DNA of 43,872 bases, taken from Octopus bimaculoides. Its lineage: Eukaryota. The notes under the pieces are model-generated. The model did not search any database. It was not told where the DNA came from and saw nothing but the letters and a program-made list of their open reading frames with translations. Location: positions 43,012,632 to 43,056,503 of the forward strand of contig NC_069000.1 in NCBI RefSeq assembly GCF_001194135.2. The letters are read 5' to 3'. A program made the translations under genes and the position numbers. Positions 1 through 11,452 of the stretch are shown here, in pieces. Each line of letters starts with the position of its first letter. Position 1 is the stretch's first letter.

Positions 1-40
<40 letters not shown>

Positions 41-224
41 ACTAAATGCATATGTGTGGGGGGGATTATGTTCGTGGATATGAATGTGAAAATGTCTCTT
101 AGGATGTTACTAGTAACATGTAACCCACTAACAGAGTACAACTTGTCAAGTGGATAGATTGGCACCAAGTCTAGCTGTACCACTGCCACCAGCATCCCAC
201 CGGGCTTCACTCACCGACAACTAC

Positions 225-310
225 GTGCTCAGCCACTTACACGTTAATTTTACGAGCAGGCTGCTCCGTAGAACGTCTCAACTAGAATACTCGTCGTCGT
301 AACCGGTGAA
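225..310 (+). mobile_element. SINE S3 3' tail fragment
   Basis: GTGCTCAGCCACTTACACGTTAATTTTACGAGCAGGCTG...CTCGTCGTCGTAACCG. Confidence 0.75.
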
Positions 311-959
311 GCATCAGCTAGTAATTTTCAATCAACTTTACATATGAACTCGATTGTGAGGACAAGAGAAATAAGTATTGATTTGTTTTGAAGTTTCTGT
401 TCTTAAATTCCATAGCAAGAATCGTTTTGGTTTTTTTTAGATCTGTAGCATTTCGTATCACACAATTAAAATGGTAGTCTTAAAAAGAATGTGTACAAAT
501 TTATTCAACTTTATGAACGTGGTTTAATAAGCCTAAACACAACCGTAAACCGTAACCCTAGCCGAAAAGCTAACCCTGACTTCAAATCGAAATTGAAATC
601 CGACTAAACTCTAACTCGAGTGTTTATTGAACGTTTATAATTGCGCGTTCTTCAATAATAATTCTTATGGATTTACTTTCTTAAACGGAGCTCGGTTATA
701 TAATTGATACTTTGCGATGATTCCACGTGATATTACCAAAACGCAACGGAATTCAATCCGTATATAAGTTCTGGTACCTATGCTTCTTCTATATGATAAT
801 TTACAAAGACATGGCTTGTTTCACTGATTAAACAACGTAGAAAATAATACAAGCATTTATCCTAATACACTATATCATTCATCTTGTAGGTTTCGCAAGA
901 AAAAAAATCTCTATTTATAATAAGATCTCTTATGTCCTTTTCATCTTAATGAAAACCAC

Positions 960-1770
960 CACGTTTGTCAAAGAAACTATTAGTGTCACACAAGACATTT
1001 TAAATGTTTATTCTCAGAAACAAATCATATTCATTTGAAACAGAATCATTATACAGAATTTAGGTGGCTTTGACAGAAAAACTAAATTCAAATGAGCTTT
1101 GGAAGTCCGTCGCAAAACTTAATTAGTTGAAATATTATTTTCATTCTCAGATATTTTGTGAAGAATATCGAGTGTTATCTCTTGGAATATCAAGTTGATA
1201 TTTTAAGTTCATTAATGATCTTAATTTAATACTTGAAGAATTCCAACTCTGTATCATCACTGTCCAATTCTAATATTCGATTATGTCTTTTCATGGAAAA
1301 AGTATAATAATGAAAATCAAAAACTCAAATATCAAAATTTTAGAATTATTGAATGACTTCAGTAAAATAATGAAATAAAGCAAATGATAAAATAAAATCG
1401 AGTATTACTTGTACTGAATATTTTACAATTATAATTATTCTAATAGAATGTTTTTTGAAGAACGAACAAGCAGACATTCTTGAGATAACAATCTAAAATA
1501 TCCAATGCTCAAATTCCACAGAATACCATATTCTTGAGCATTCTTAATTCTTTGAAGCAGCTTTGAACGCTGATTCTAAAATTTGATAATCAGATTGCAG
1601 TTCCATAATGTTTTAAATAATATTCAAAACGTTATATGAAAACTGCGTTCAGTCGCAGAGCAGAGTGTGTCATGCAATTAATGAAATCGATAAGATCCAT
1701 TAGATTACTATTGAATGTGGTATCTCTTGGTGGTCATAGGCCAAAGATTGAAACGTATTAAAATATTTCT
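960..1770 (+). pseudogene. Heavily decayed hAT (Charlie/Buster/SPIN-like) transposase remnant
   Basis: Manual translation gives three motifs in the expected order across frameshifts and stops: HYTEFRWL* (1047-1073; cf. HTEVRWLS), LEYQVDI-fs-KFINDLNLILEE (1182-1240; cf. LAYLxDIFxxLNxLNLxLQG), and TAFS (1642-1653) ... RPKIE (1738-1752; cf. CETAFS...IxPxI of the C-terminal dimerization region). Boundaries approximate. Confidence 0.5.
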
Positions 1771-1913
1771 ATCATGTGGATTTTTTAGTAACGAATGTCA
1801 TATGTTGAAATTCGGTAAGACAGAAACTGTGTAGAAACCTGTCAGAGGGTCCGTTCTTATTACTGATTTATTCTTATACTCGCAGAAATATAGGGCCTTG
1901 GAAACATTTAGAG

Positions 1914-2230
1914 AAGTGGTTCTCAACCAGGGTCCATTCAAGATTTATGGCCGTCCACGTAACAAAATATTAAATTTGGGATCCAAAGTAGTTTTTCAAG
2001 GGGTCCTGAAGATATTTTGCTTCAGATGTTTGTATTGGTATGTATTGCAAGAAACAACTGGGTTCCTTTCTTTAACATTTTCCATAATCCAGCCTATACA
2101 AGTTTATGCATGAAAAACAAAATAGAATTTTGAAAGAAGTTTCTATAAAACTAGTTTTTCAACATAAAATAGTTATAGGGGTCCATCAGAACAAAATAGT
2201 AATCAAAGGGGTTTATAGATTTAAAAAAAC
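1914..2230 (+). mobile_element. Probable non-autonomous hAT-Charlie-type element (MITE), right end decayed
   Basis: Begins AGTGGTTCTCAACC (1915-1928), matching the CAGTGGTTCTCAAC-type Charlie TIR; several internal GGGGTCC-like subterminal motifs; no intact right TIR seen. Confidence 0.45.
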
Positions 2231-2289
2231 GATACTTTATATATATATATATATATTATACTTAATTTACATACCTACCTATATACATA

Positions 2290-2450
2290 TATAGTTAAAA
2301 TTTCCAGAAAAACGAAAGAAAAAGACAGGTGTATAAACAACAGTTTAATGCTGGGGAAGGTGAGAAAGTCTTTTACGTTTCGAGCCTACGCTCTTCAACA
2401 GAAAGGAAGACGAGAAAATAAACAGAGAGAAAAAAAAAACTTTTGGAGCT
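2290..2450 (-). mobile_element. Penelope-like element terminal (pLTR-like) fragment
   Basis: Contains a minimal hammerhead motif on the minus strand and runs downstream into a (TA)n-rich tract; no RT or GIY-YIG coding sequence recognised. The family call rests on the hammerhead architecture. Confidence 0.45.
2370..2405 (-). ncRNA. Minimal type I hammerhead ribozyme motif (core variant CUGUUGA)
   Basis: Minus strand reads CUUU-CUGUUGA-A-GAGC(GUAG)GCUC-GAAA-CGU-A/AAAG: 4-bp stem I, 4-bp stem II, loopless palindromic stem III (ACGU), GUA cleavage triplet (cut between 2374 and 2373). Confidence 0.7.
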
Positions 2451-2472
2451 AGCGGTCAATCATGACACACAC

Positions 2473-2504
<32 letters not shown>

Positions 2505-4177
2505 ATTATACGTTGTCATCACTGATTTTTTTTATTTCACTCGATTGAAAAAACCATGTGGTACGTTTATAGGATAGGCTGTTGCAGATAAAGGTGATAA
2601 TATACATATAACTCCCCCATTCAAATCTTGACGGCGGCCTCATGTTCAAAAATAAGCCGAAAGAAAATTGCTTAAAGAATTGAAATGGTTAAATTCAGCG
2701 GGGTTCGAACATAGAACGGAAAAGGACATAGCTAAATGTTTTACAAATGTTTTTACAAATTTAGTGATTGGTCTATGTAGAGAAGATACGAGACGAACTA
2801 TTGGCATTTCGTCTGTCAGTAATCTATCCTGATGAATTGAGACAGCCATATTTTTTATAGAAATATGTGTATGAAAGTGGAAATAAAATGTTACACGTCT
2901 GGAATAGATATATCGTTGATATTTGTTTTAGTTTTGTTATTGGGTTTTTGGAACACATATCGAACACATGAATTTGGATATTTAAGCTAAAGGAAAAGAA
3001 CAAACAAAATTTTTTAAAAAAGAACATATAAAAAGCTGGATCTGTAATGGGATGATATAGAAATAGCTTAAAATAAGATAAACCGAGAACATATAGCATG
3101 TAATGAATGAAAAACGAACAAAAGTAAAAGAGTTGCTAAAAAAAATTGATTGACGTAACATGACGAAAAACGAAATAAATCAACGTTATAAAGAAGACAA
3201 AAAAATATTAGCATAGAGGAAATAAAGAGAAAGGAATCAAATATGAAAATAACTAAAATAAAAAAAAAGACAAACTGAATTAAGCAGTAATATAATAATA
3301 CCGAACAACGAAATGTAAAAAAAAAATTTAGATAAAGAAAATAAAGGAAAAAAATCAGACATCGATGTAGAACGAATAATGCGAAAATGCCATAGATAAT
3401 ATGAAAAATAGCGGGTATAACATAAAAATAGCTGGAAATCGAAATGGAATAATATAAAATTAGCGAAAAATAAGGAAGAAAAATACAAAAACACCCATGA
3501 ATGCACACACACACAGAGGTATACGTATGTATATGTATATATATGTATGTACGCATGTATTATTATGCGTGTATGCATCTAGATAAAGATATAGGTGTTA
3601 TGAAACAAATATCGTTTTGTGTGACAAAACTTGGCGTATAGTTATGAAACTGCACATTAGTTTTCAGTTATTCTGAAGAACAATGCTGCAACTATGTGCA
3701 GTGGTATGTTTGCCCAGACGAGAGTTGTGAGGAGTGTACAGTTATATAAGTATATTGGCGGTCACACAGATTTATTTTGGATGCATATAATAGCCACGCC
3801 CCATCATTGAGATATGTTCGCGTGTACTTAGATGTATTTTCTGTCACTTTTGCGTTTGCAGAGTTCGAATTATGCTGTGGAGGGTTTTTCCCTTTCATCC
3901 TGTTGGAGAGTCGATAAAAGAGAGTTCAAATCAAACAGTACGCTCAGTGCTATCGACCAATTCCTCCCTTTGATATTACTGGTCTTCTACCGAAATCAGA
4001 AACCGTTATTCAATGAAGGGAGCTGGCGGGATTGTTAGTGCGTCGAAAAAAAATATCGAACAGTCACCGACTTGAAAACCCACCATTGGTCAGCTTATCG
4101 TTTTGGGCGTTCGATAAAATATTGGCTATGCAATCGATTTCCTTCAGTACTGCCGGCTTTATGCCAAAATTTGAAAG

Positions 4178-4304
4178 AATTATTATTATTATTATTATTA
4201 TTATTTGTAGTAGTAGTAGTAGAAGCAGTAGTAGTAGTAGCAACAGCAGAAGCAGTAGCATCAGCAGTAGCAGCAGTAGCAGCAGTAGTATTAGCAGCAG
4301 CAGC

Positions 4305-4359
<55 letters not shown>

Positions 4360-4360
4360 A
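4178..4360. repeat. Compound microsatellite (ATT)n-(AGT/AGC)n
   Basis: Direct reading. Confidence 0.95.
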
Positions 4361-4545
4361 TAAAGCGGTGTGCTGGCCGAATCGATAGAACACCGGGCAA
4401 GATGTATGGTTCGAATCCCGCCGAAGACGACTTTGCGATTCATCCATTTCCGGGTCGATAAAATAATTACCAGATAATTACTGTGATTGGATTACCCACT
4501 TCCCCGAAAGTGCTGGCCTTGTGTCAGCATTTGAAATCATTATTA
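4360..4545 (+). mobile_element. S2-related SINE, diverged
   Basis: AAAGCGGTGTGCTGGCCGAATCG...GGTTCGAATCCCGCCGAAGACGACTTTGC...GGGTCGATAAAATAA. Confidence 0.7.
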
Positions 4546-6289
4546 GTAGAAGCAGTTAAAATAACTTCAATGTATTTGTTACCAAAGAAAGTGTTTAGAG
4601 AATATTTTACAAAAGTTAACGTAAAAACAACGTTAGGCGAGGAATATACAATATATATATATAGAGAGAAATTTTGATACAGTAAATACACGAACGATAT
4701 ATCGACTGAGCGGAAAATATAAAAATTAAACGTTTTAATTGCGTGATACGAAATGATACGAGTCAGTTTATATTGGATAATAATCAAATTAGAAGGAAAC
4801 AAACGTAATCGGTCAAAGTTATCACGGGTACACTCCAGGATGAGAAATCCTATCAAGGATAAAGTACACCATGACTGCAGCTAGGTTATGGAATAAAGCT
4901 GTTATCCGTTGTGAATCGTATATGCTTCCAAGTTTCCAGTTTGTTATCATAGCTCTTCATAGACCGCTGGTATTGATTTTATTACTAGATTTTCGTTCAA
5001 AGGTTTTAAATATTTAATGTCACTTCTCTTTCGGTAGATTGATCCTCTCTGCTTCGTACACACACAATGTTCGGCATATATAGAAGCTCTTCTTAAGCAA
5101 TTTGCTGAACAGCAAATCGCATATCGCTCCTTAAGTTTGTCCTTTATAAATTATTTGTTCGAGCTCATTTTTAGCATTTTCCCCTTCTTTTTAAATACTA
5201 GGGCAGCTTTCTGCTGTATTCGAGCCTCGGTTCTCTCTTTCTCTGTAGGAAAATAAGCCGAGGGTACATCCGGGATGAAGCTTCATATCTCTTAAGTACA
5301 AGTCGAGTTTGTTTTTCTTTTTTAGTTATCTTCAAGATTGCAACCGCTTCTCCTCTGAAAACAATTACCTAGACCTGTTACTGCTGCTTCAACTGTTGTT
5401 TGTCATTCTTTTCTTCCTTTCTTTTTTACCATTTTCTCTGCTGGGAAAACCTTTAAATAATCGTTGTTGTTATGTATATATATTTGACTAATCTTCAGGT
5501 CTAATTTTTCTATACAGCTAATACTTAACCTGTTATAAATTACCCGTCACTTGTACATTTCTATGCATGAGCTGCGCTTTCGCGAGAACGATTCGAGCCC
5601 TTTTAAGAATGCCAACCCATTAGTCAATCCCGCTCTTAAGTTTGTTTTTGAAATGAGTGATATTTTTTAATGTTAATGGTGTTTGCGTTTTTTTTTCTTC
5701 TTTTGTTGATGCTCTCATCAATGTTATTGTTGTTGTTGTTGTTATTGTTGTTATAGTTGTAATTGATATTTGCCTCTCTTTTATTCTCTTCATGTTGTAT
5801 TGTTTGTGTTATTGTGCTTTTTCTTTTGTTTCACTGCTGTCGTTGCTAATGATGATGATAGCGACGACGATGATGACGACGACGTAGATAACGATATTGA
5901 TGATGATGGTGATGATGATGACGATGATATCGATGATCATGATGGCGCTACTTGCTTCGTTCGACTTTTCGCTGACATTCTCAACTTCTTTGCTTTTGAA
6001 CTTGTCGTTCTTAACATTTTAAATTATCCCAGCTTCCATTGTATTATATTTTCTTATTTATTATTTCTTGTGTTGCCATTTGTTGATGTTTTGTTTTCTC
6101 TTATTGTTATTGATATTGTTGATGGTAATGGCACTGCGAGTGTTCATTATTGTTGAGGTTTCTATTTCGTTGCTTGTAAATCCGCCATTAACAGCGTCAA
6201 CGATATATATTTACGACACAAGAGTATTCGTCGTTGTCAGATTTAACACATACTCATTCACTATCATATATATCTTTATTCTTATTATG

Positions 6290-6406
6290 ATGTGATGAAA
6301 AATCACAGTTTATTTTGCTGGGTATGATGGAAAGTATCAGCTGTTCACAGCCAGCAGACTAAGGTGACATTTATTTACTGGTCATGCTAAAGGAACCCTG
6401 CGAAGG
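6290..6406 (-). mobile_element. Very short 3' end of a family-A-related R4/Dong-like LINE
   Basis: Shares TCAGCTGTTCAC-GCCAG--GACTAAGGT-ACA with the family A 3' UTR (6337-6370 vs 6520-6552); begins with LRRVPLA* resembling the LRKVL C-terminus; 5' side abuts the (AAT/AAC)n tract. Confidence 0.6.
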
Positions 6407-6480
6407 TTATTATTGTTGCTGTTGTTATTATCATTATTATTATTATTATTAATATTATTATTATTATCATTCTTATTATT

Positions 6481-7242
6481 GTCTTTGCACAGCTTCTAAC
6501 GCAGATGTACTACAGTGTCAGCTGTTCACTGCCAGTGAACTAAGGTAACACCTCTTATTTTTTGAGCACCTTCCGGAGTATTCGAGCGGTTCCAAGCAGT
6601 GCTGTTTTCTGCAAGTGCTCCACCCTTATTGCAGCCCCTATTTGTTCCACGTACTTCTCAAGATTTTAACTCACTGTTCTCAGGGCTCCGACAATTATTG
6701 GTATCACTACAACCTTTTTCATCGACCACAACTGCTTTACTTTCCAAGCTAACCTGTCCTACCTGTCGACTTTTCTTTCTTCCTTATCGCATACTTTGTT
6801 GTCAGCTGGACATGCTATATCTATGATCCTGCATAGATTGGTTTCTTTCTCAATTATGACTATGTCTGGCTTCCTATTTTCTATCTCATGGTCGCACTGA
6901 ATCATGAAATCCCACAAGATTTTTGCATTATCATTTTCGATGATGCCTTCGGGTTTATGTTCGAACCACTTTTTTTGCTCTATCAAGTCCATACTTGTTG
7001 CAAAGTGTCCAATGGACAATCCTTGCTATATTGTCATGATGTCTCTTATATTCTTTCTAAGCTAGTGGCGTACACTGACTTGTAATATGTCATACGGTTT
7101 CACCATTTTGTCTACAAATTCTGCACTTATCACTTTCTGATGTGTTGTCTATTCTGCACTTGATTGCACTAATTACACTTGATGTAATTAGTTGTTAATG
7201 CTTGCTCTTGGCCAACATAGATTAGAGCTTCCGCTTCCGAAG
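6481..7242 (-). mobile_element. 5'-truncated R4/Dong-like non-LTR retrotransposon (family A): CCHC knuckle + restriction-like endonuclease + 3' UTR + (AAT)n tail
   Basis: Minus translation: EAEALIYVGQEQALTTNY...CRICRQNGETV*HITSQC...RHHDNIARIVHW...WFEHKPE...ILWDF...NRKPDIVII...IIDIACPAD...VIPIIVGAL...LQKTALLGTARILRKVLKK* (stop 6555-6557); stops and frameshifts present; tail 6424-6480. Confidence 0.9.
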
Positions 7243-7350
7243 ACACAGAAACACTAATACAACCCAGCAGGACTACTGAAAAATAATTCTCAAAGACTGG
7301 AATATCTACAATTTCCTGTATTTTGAATTTCCCTCAAAATAAGTTTTAAG

Positions 7351-7773
7351 GGCGCATGAGTGGCTGTGTGGTAAGTAGCTTGCTTACCAATCACATGGTC
7401 CTGGGTTCAGCCTACTGCGTGGCACCTAGGGCAAGTGCCTTCTACTATAGCCTCGGACCGACTAGAGCCTTGTGAGTGGATTTGGTAGACAGAAACTGGA
7501 AGAAGCCTGTTGTATNNNNNNNNNNATGTATGTATGTATGTATGTATGTATGTATGTATGTATGTGTGTAATTGTTTGTGTGTCTGTGTTTGTCCCCGCA
7601 ACATAACTTGACAACCGATGCTGGTGTGTTTACGTCCCCGTAACCTAGCAGTTCGGCAAAAGAGACCGGTAGAATAAGTACTAGGCTTACAAACAGTAAG
7701 CTCTGGGGTCGATTTGCTCGACTAAAGGCGTCGCTCCAGCATGGCCGCAGTCAAATGACTGAAACAAGTAAAA
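7351..7773 (+). mobile_element. tRNA-headed SINE, family S1 (near full length, internal (TATG)n)
   Basis: A-box TGGCTGTGTGGTAAG, degenerate B-box GGGTTCAG, central GGCAAGTG-CTTCTACTATAGCC, 3' part ending GGCCGCAGTCAAATGACTGAAAC; several homologous copies in the window. Confidence 0.85.
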
Positions 7774-9469
7774 CAACAAACTTACATATCTACAGTTTTT
7801 GTCATACAAACGATCAGCTTTAAAAATGTTAATATCTACAACTTTTCTGAATAACTATCCTTTCCTTTCTTCCTGAGTATTCGATATTTTCATTCTAAGA
7901 ACACTACAGTTTTCTCTGTTCAGACAAACAAAAAAATCATCTTTAGTAAATTTTTGAAGCTTTAATATCTACAATTTAATATCTACAACTTTAATATCTA
8001 CAATTTTGTGTGAAAAATTTTATCTTTCTTTTCCTCCCTGAATACCCAAATATGTACACATGCCTTTCATGGCAACTACACAATTAAAGTGCACTATAAA
8101 ATAGAATTAAGTAGGTGAGTACCTGCCAATATATACAAACTGCACAATTACAAAAACTGTAAACAAGAGAAAAAACTTATTTTAAAAAAGAGAAATTTCA
8201 GAAGAAAAACAAAAATTCAGAAATTCAAAAATTGAACGATGTGAACATCAGTATATATATATATACTTAACCCGATTAAAAACAAGGTCTACAAAAACAA
8301 CACAACAACCATATTCAATAATCATCATCCTTGACAACTGTTGTTGTAGCCACATCAATAGAACGTTAGTGTAGCCACATCGGTGCAGACAGCAGCACTG
8401 CTGAAGTTACAGACGCTACCACAATCTAATGTACTCAATAGCACGCTTCCTTTTGGAAACGTCTAGTTCTCCGCTCCTTCGTGAGTAGCAGTTGAATGAA
8501 TATCTGTGAACAATAACCAATAATTAAGCTTATATGAATTATGCAATTAAGATGTTTTAATTAGTGCATTTTTCTAATTATTTCTATGGTTTGTATATTT
8601 TCTGTGAACTCTGACTTCAATTCTCAGTGCAAACAACGTCAATAATGTAGTTTCTGCTATTGTGTACTAAACCAAAATACCCGCTGCCTTATAAGGACAG
8701 GCAGACTGACAAACACACACACACACTGAAATACACATCTGTATATACATGTACATACATACATATATACATATATATATACTCATATGTATATATATAT
8801 ACATATATATATACTCATATGTATATATATATATATATATATATNNNNNNNNNNNNNNNNNNNNNNNNNNNNNNNNNNNNNNNNNNNNNNNNNNNNNNNN
8901 NNNNNNNNNNNNNNNNNNNNNNNNNNNNNNNNNNNNNNNNNNNNNNNNNNNNNNNNNNNNNNNNNNNNNNNNNNNNNNNNNNNNNNNNNNNNNNNNNNNN
9001 NNNNNNNNNNNNNNNNNNNNNNNNNNNNNNNNNNNNNNNNNNNNNNNNNNNNNNNNNNNNNNNNNNNNNNNNNNNNNNNNNNNNNNNNNNNNNNNNNNNN
9101 NNNNNNNNNNNNNNNNNNNNNNNNNNNNNNNNNNNNNNNNNNNNNNNNNNNNNNNNNNNNNNNNNNNNNNNNNNNNNNNNNNNNNNNNNNNNNNNNNNAT
9201 ATATATATAGTAATCGCAGTTGTTCATTTCGGGAGTTCAATTATAGAGATTTTTATAACATTCAGTCAAAACATCTAGAACCTTCTGCATAACTATATTA
9301 TGAGAAAGTTTAACAACATATACTTTTAAGTCTACTGCTCTTTGGCCACACACCGACTGATTAAGTCCACATAGCAGTTAAAGATTTTAATTGCGACTAC
9401 ATTAATGCGTTCTTGATGATCTTTTCCTCACGTGACAATGTTGTTTTGTTTTGATAAGTGATATTTTAT

Positions 9470-9680
9470 TCACGATCGTGAGGTCGTGAGTTCGATTCCC
9501 GGCAGCGCGCTGTGTCCTTGAGCAAGACACTTTATTTCACGTTGCTCCAGTCCGCTCAATTAGGCAAAAATGAGTGGTACTTGGAATTCATAGGGCCAGC
9601 CTTGTCACATCCTATGTCACACTAAACTGTGTGAAGGGTACGCGTGTCTGTGGAGTACTCAACCACTTGCACGTTAAAAT
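9470..9680 (+). mobile_element. S3-related SINE (variant head, shared 3' part)
   Basis: B-box GAGTTCGATTCCC, CCTTGAGCAAGACACTTTATTTCACGTTGCTCCAG (shared with 38366-38512) and GGGCCAGCCTTGTCAC...GTCTGTGGAGTACTCAACCACTTGCACGTTA (shared with S3). Confidence 0.75.
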
Positions 9681-10087
9681 TTCTACGCAGATATAGAGAA
9701 ACAATGCAGGAAAAGCTTCGCAGAAGAAAATGTCTTCAAAAATCTAGTCTTATTGCGGTTGATGCAAAATTCATCAGCTAAATTTGAACAGGTAAAGGAG
9801 GAAAACCAAATTTGAAAAGCTACAAACACAAATGTACACACACGACTCACATGCACACACAAATACAAACACACACACGGACACGCGCGTGCGCACCTAT
9901 GCACTCACACACACGCACGCACGCACAAATACATAAACTCATAAAACACATTCATATATATAAGTGTGTATGCATGATACATATCAGTGTGTATATAATG
10001 TATATATATACACCGACACTGGTATACATATATAGCTAGGATGTTGGTACCTTCCTCGCAGCAGAGAGTTAGAGAGAAAGAACGAAA

Positions 10088-10113
10088 TAGAGAGAGAGAG
10101 AGAGAACAAAAAC

Positions 10114-10172
<59 letters not shown>
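10088..10172. repeat. (GA)n microsatellite
   Basis: Direct reading. Confidence 0.95.
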
Positions 10173-10176
<4 letters not shown>

Positions 10177-11129
10177 TGAGGAGAGAGCATTTAACGGAAA
10201 AATCTGAAACCTGGAAAACCTGAGGCCACAGCAAAATCACAAATATATATATATACGCGATGAGAAATATTTAATGCTTGAAGGAGTGTTTGTCCTTCTA
10301 GAAAAATAATATAAGTTTCCGCAGTTTGTTTGTAAACTCATAATAAGTGCAAATATTTCCCTATGCGCACCGTCAAAATTTCTAGGAAGACTCATTCCTG
10401 ATGTCACCAATCAACAGACATTTCTTTCCGGGTTGCAACAAAAGACGTTTGCAGTCAACGACCCAATTCAAAAGCTTCATAAGGATAACACAGTTCTATA
10501 TTTAAGAGATGAGGAATTATGTACATTATTTACATTATTTACATTTGACTGATATTTTTATCGATTACACCTACCTTTTGAGAGTGACTGTTGCTGCTAC
10601 ATAATGCTAGAGAATTTGAATGGGTTAACGGAACCCATGAAGATTTCCCAGATTGATTTACTTCTGAAGACGGACCTTTGTGCCACACACNNNNNNNNNN
10701 NNNNNNNNNATATACATCGGCTTTTCTTGCATCGAGATAACCATATTTGGACATTCATTGGTGAATATCGAGGCTTATAGACAACTAATAAACTGCAAAG
10801 GATCGCTCCTTTACCAGTCTGGTTTTCTTTAAATTAACTTAAATTTGCTAAATTCAATCACGAACAGCCAAACTCTAAATAAATTGTTTACAACTCTGTT
10901 TGTGCATGCGCGCGTGTATGTGTGTGTGTGTGTGTGTGATGGGGGCGTATCAGACAGAGTCAAAGAGAGAGGGAGAAGTGAGACAGGGAGGGGGGAGAGA
11001 CAGACAGAGAAATTTGGACAAATTTTTCAGATCTGTCACTCCTTTTTTTGTCGGTTCTTAATCTTATTTTTTGTTTTTGTTGTTTTATCTTTTATTTATT
11101 TATTTATTCTAGCATCAAACTGCGGCCAT

Positions 11130-11452
11130 GCTGGGGCAATGCCTTGAACTTTTAATCAAATGAATTGATACCCACGCCCGCGCCACCCAGCATTTCTTTT
11201 TCAAACGTAGCACTTCTTTTATCGGTCTCATTTGCTGAATCGCTAGTTGACTGGGATGCAATTACATCAGCTTAGGTTGTCAAGCGGTGGTGAGGAGGCA
11301 CACATACACACACATGTATATATAAATATATACAGGAAGGGCTTCTTTCAGTTTCCGTCTACCAAATCCACTTACAAGGTGCTACGCAGTGGGACTGAAC
11401 CAGGAATCATGTGGTTGTTGGGCAAGCTACTTACCAGACAGCTACGGTTGCG
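11130..11452 (-). mobile_element. SINE S1, diverged, with a 43-bp internal deletion
   Basis: Reverse-complement similarity to 7351-7773 and direct similarity to 28231-28392. Confidence 0.75.

Noticed and set aside
1630-1680. Minus-strand LCSATERSF resembling the hAT ERSFS motif
   Set aside because: Isolated; the plus strand gives several ordered hAT motifs, so this is probably coincidental.
10490-10560. Segment recalled as resembling a Penelope-like terminal repeat
   Set aside because: No hammerhead or second copy in the window; the similarity cannot be verified here.
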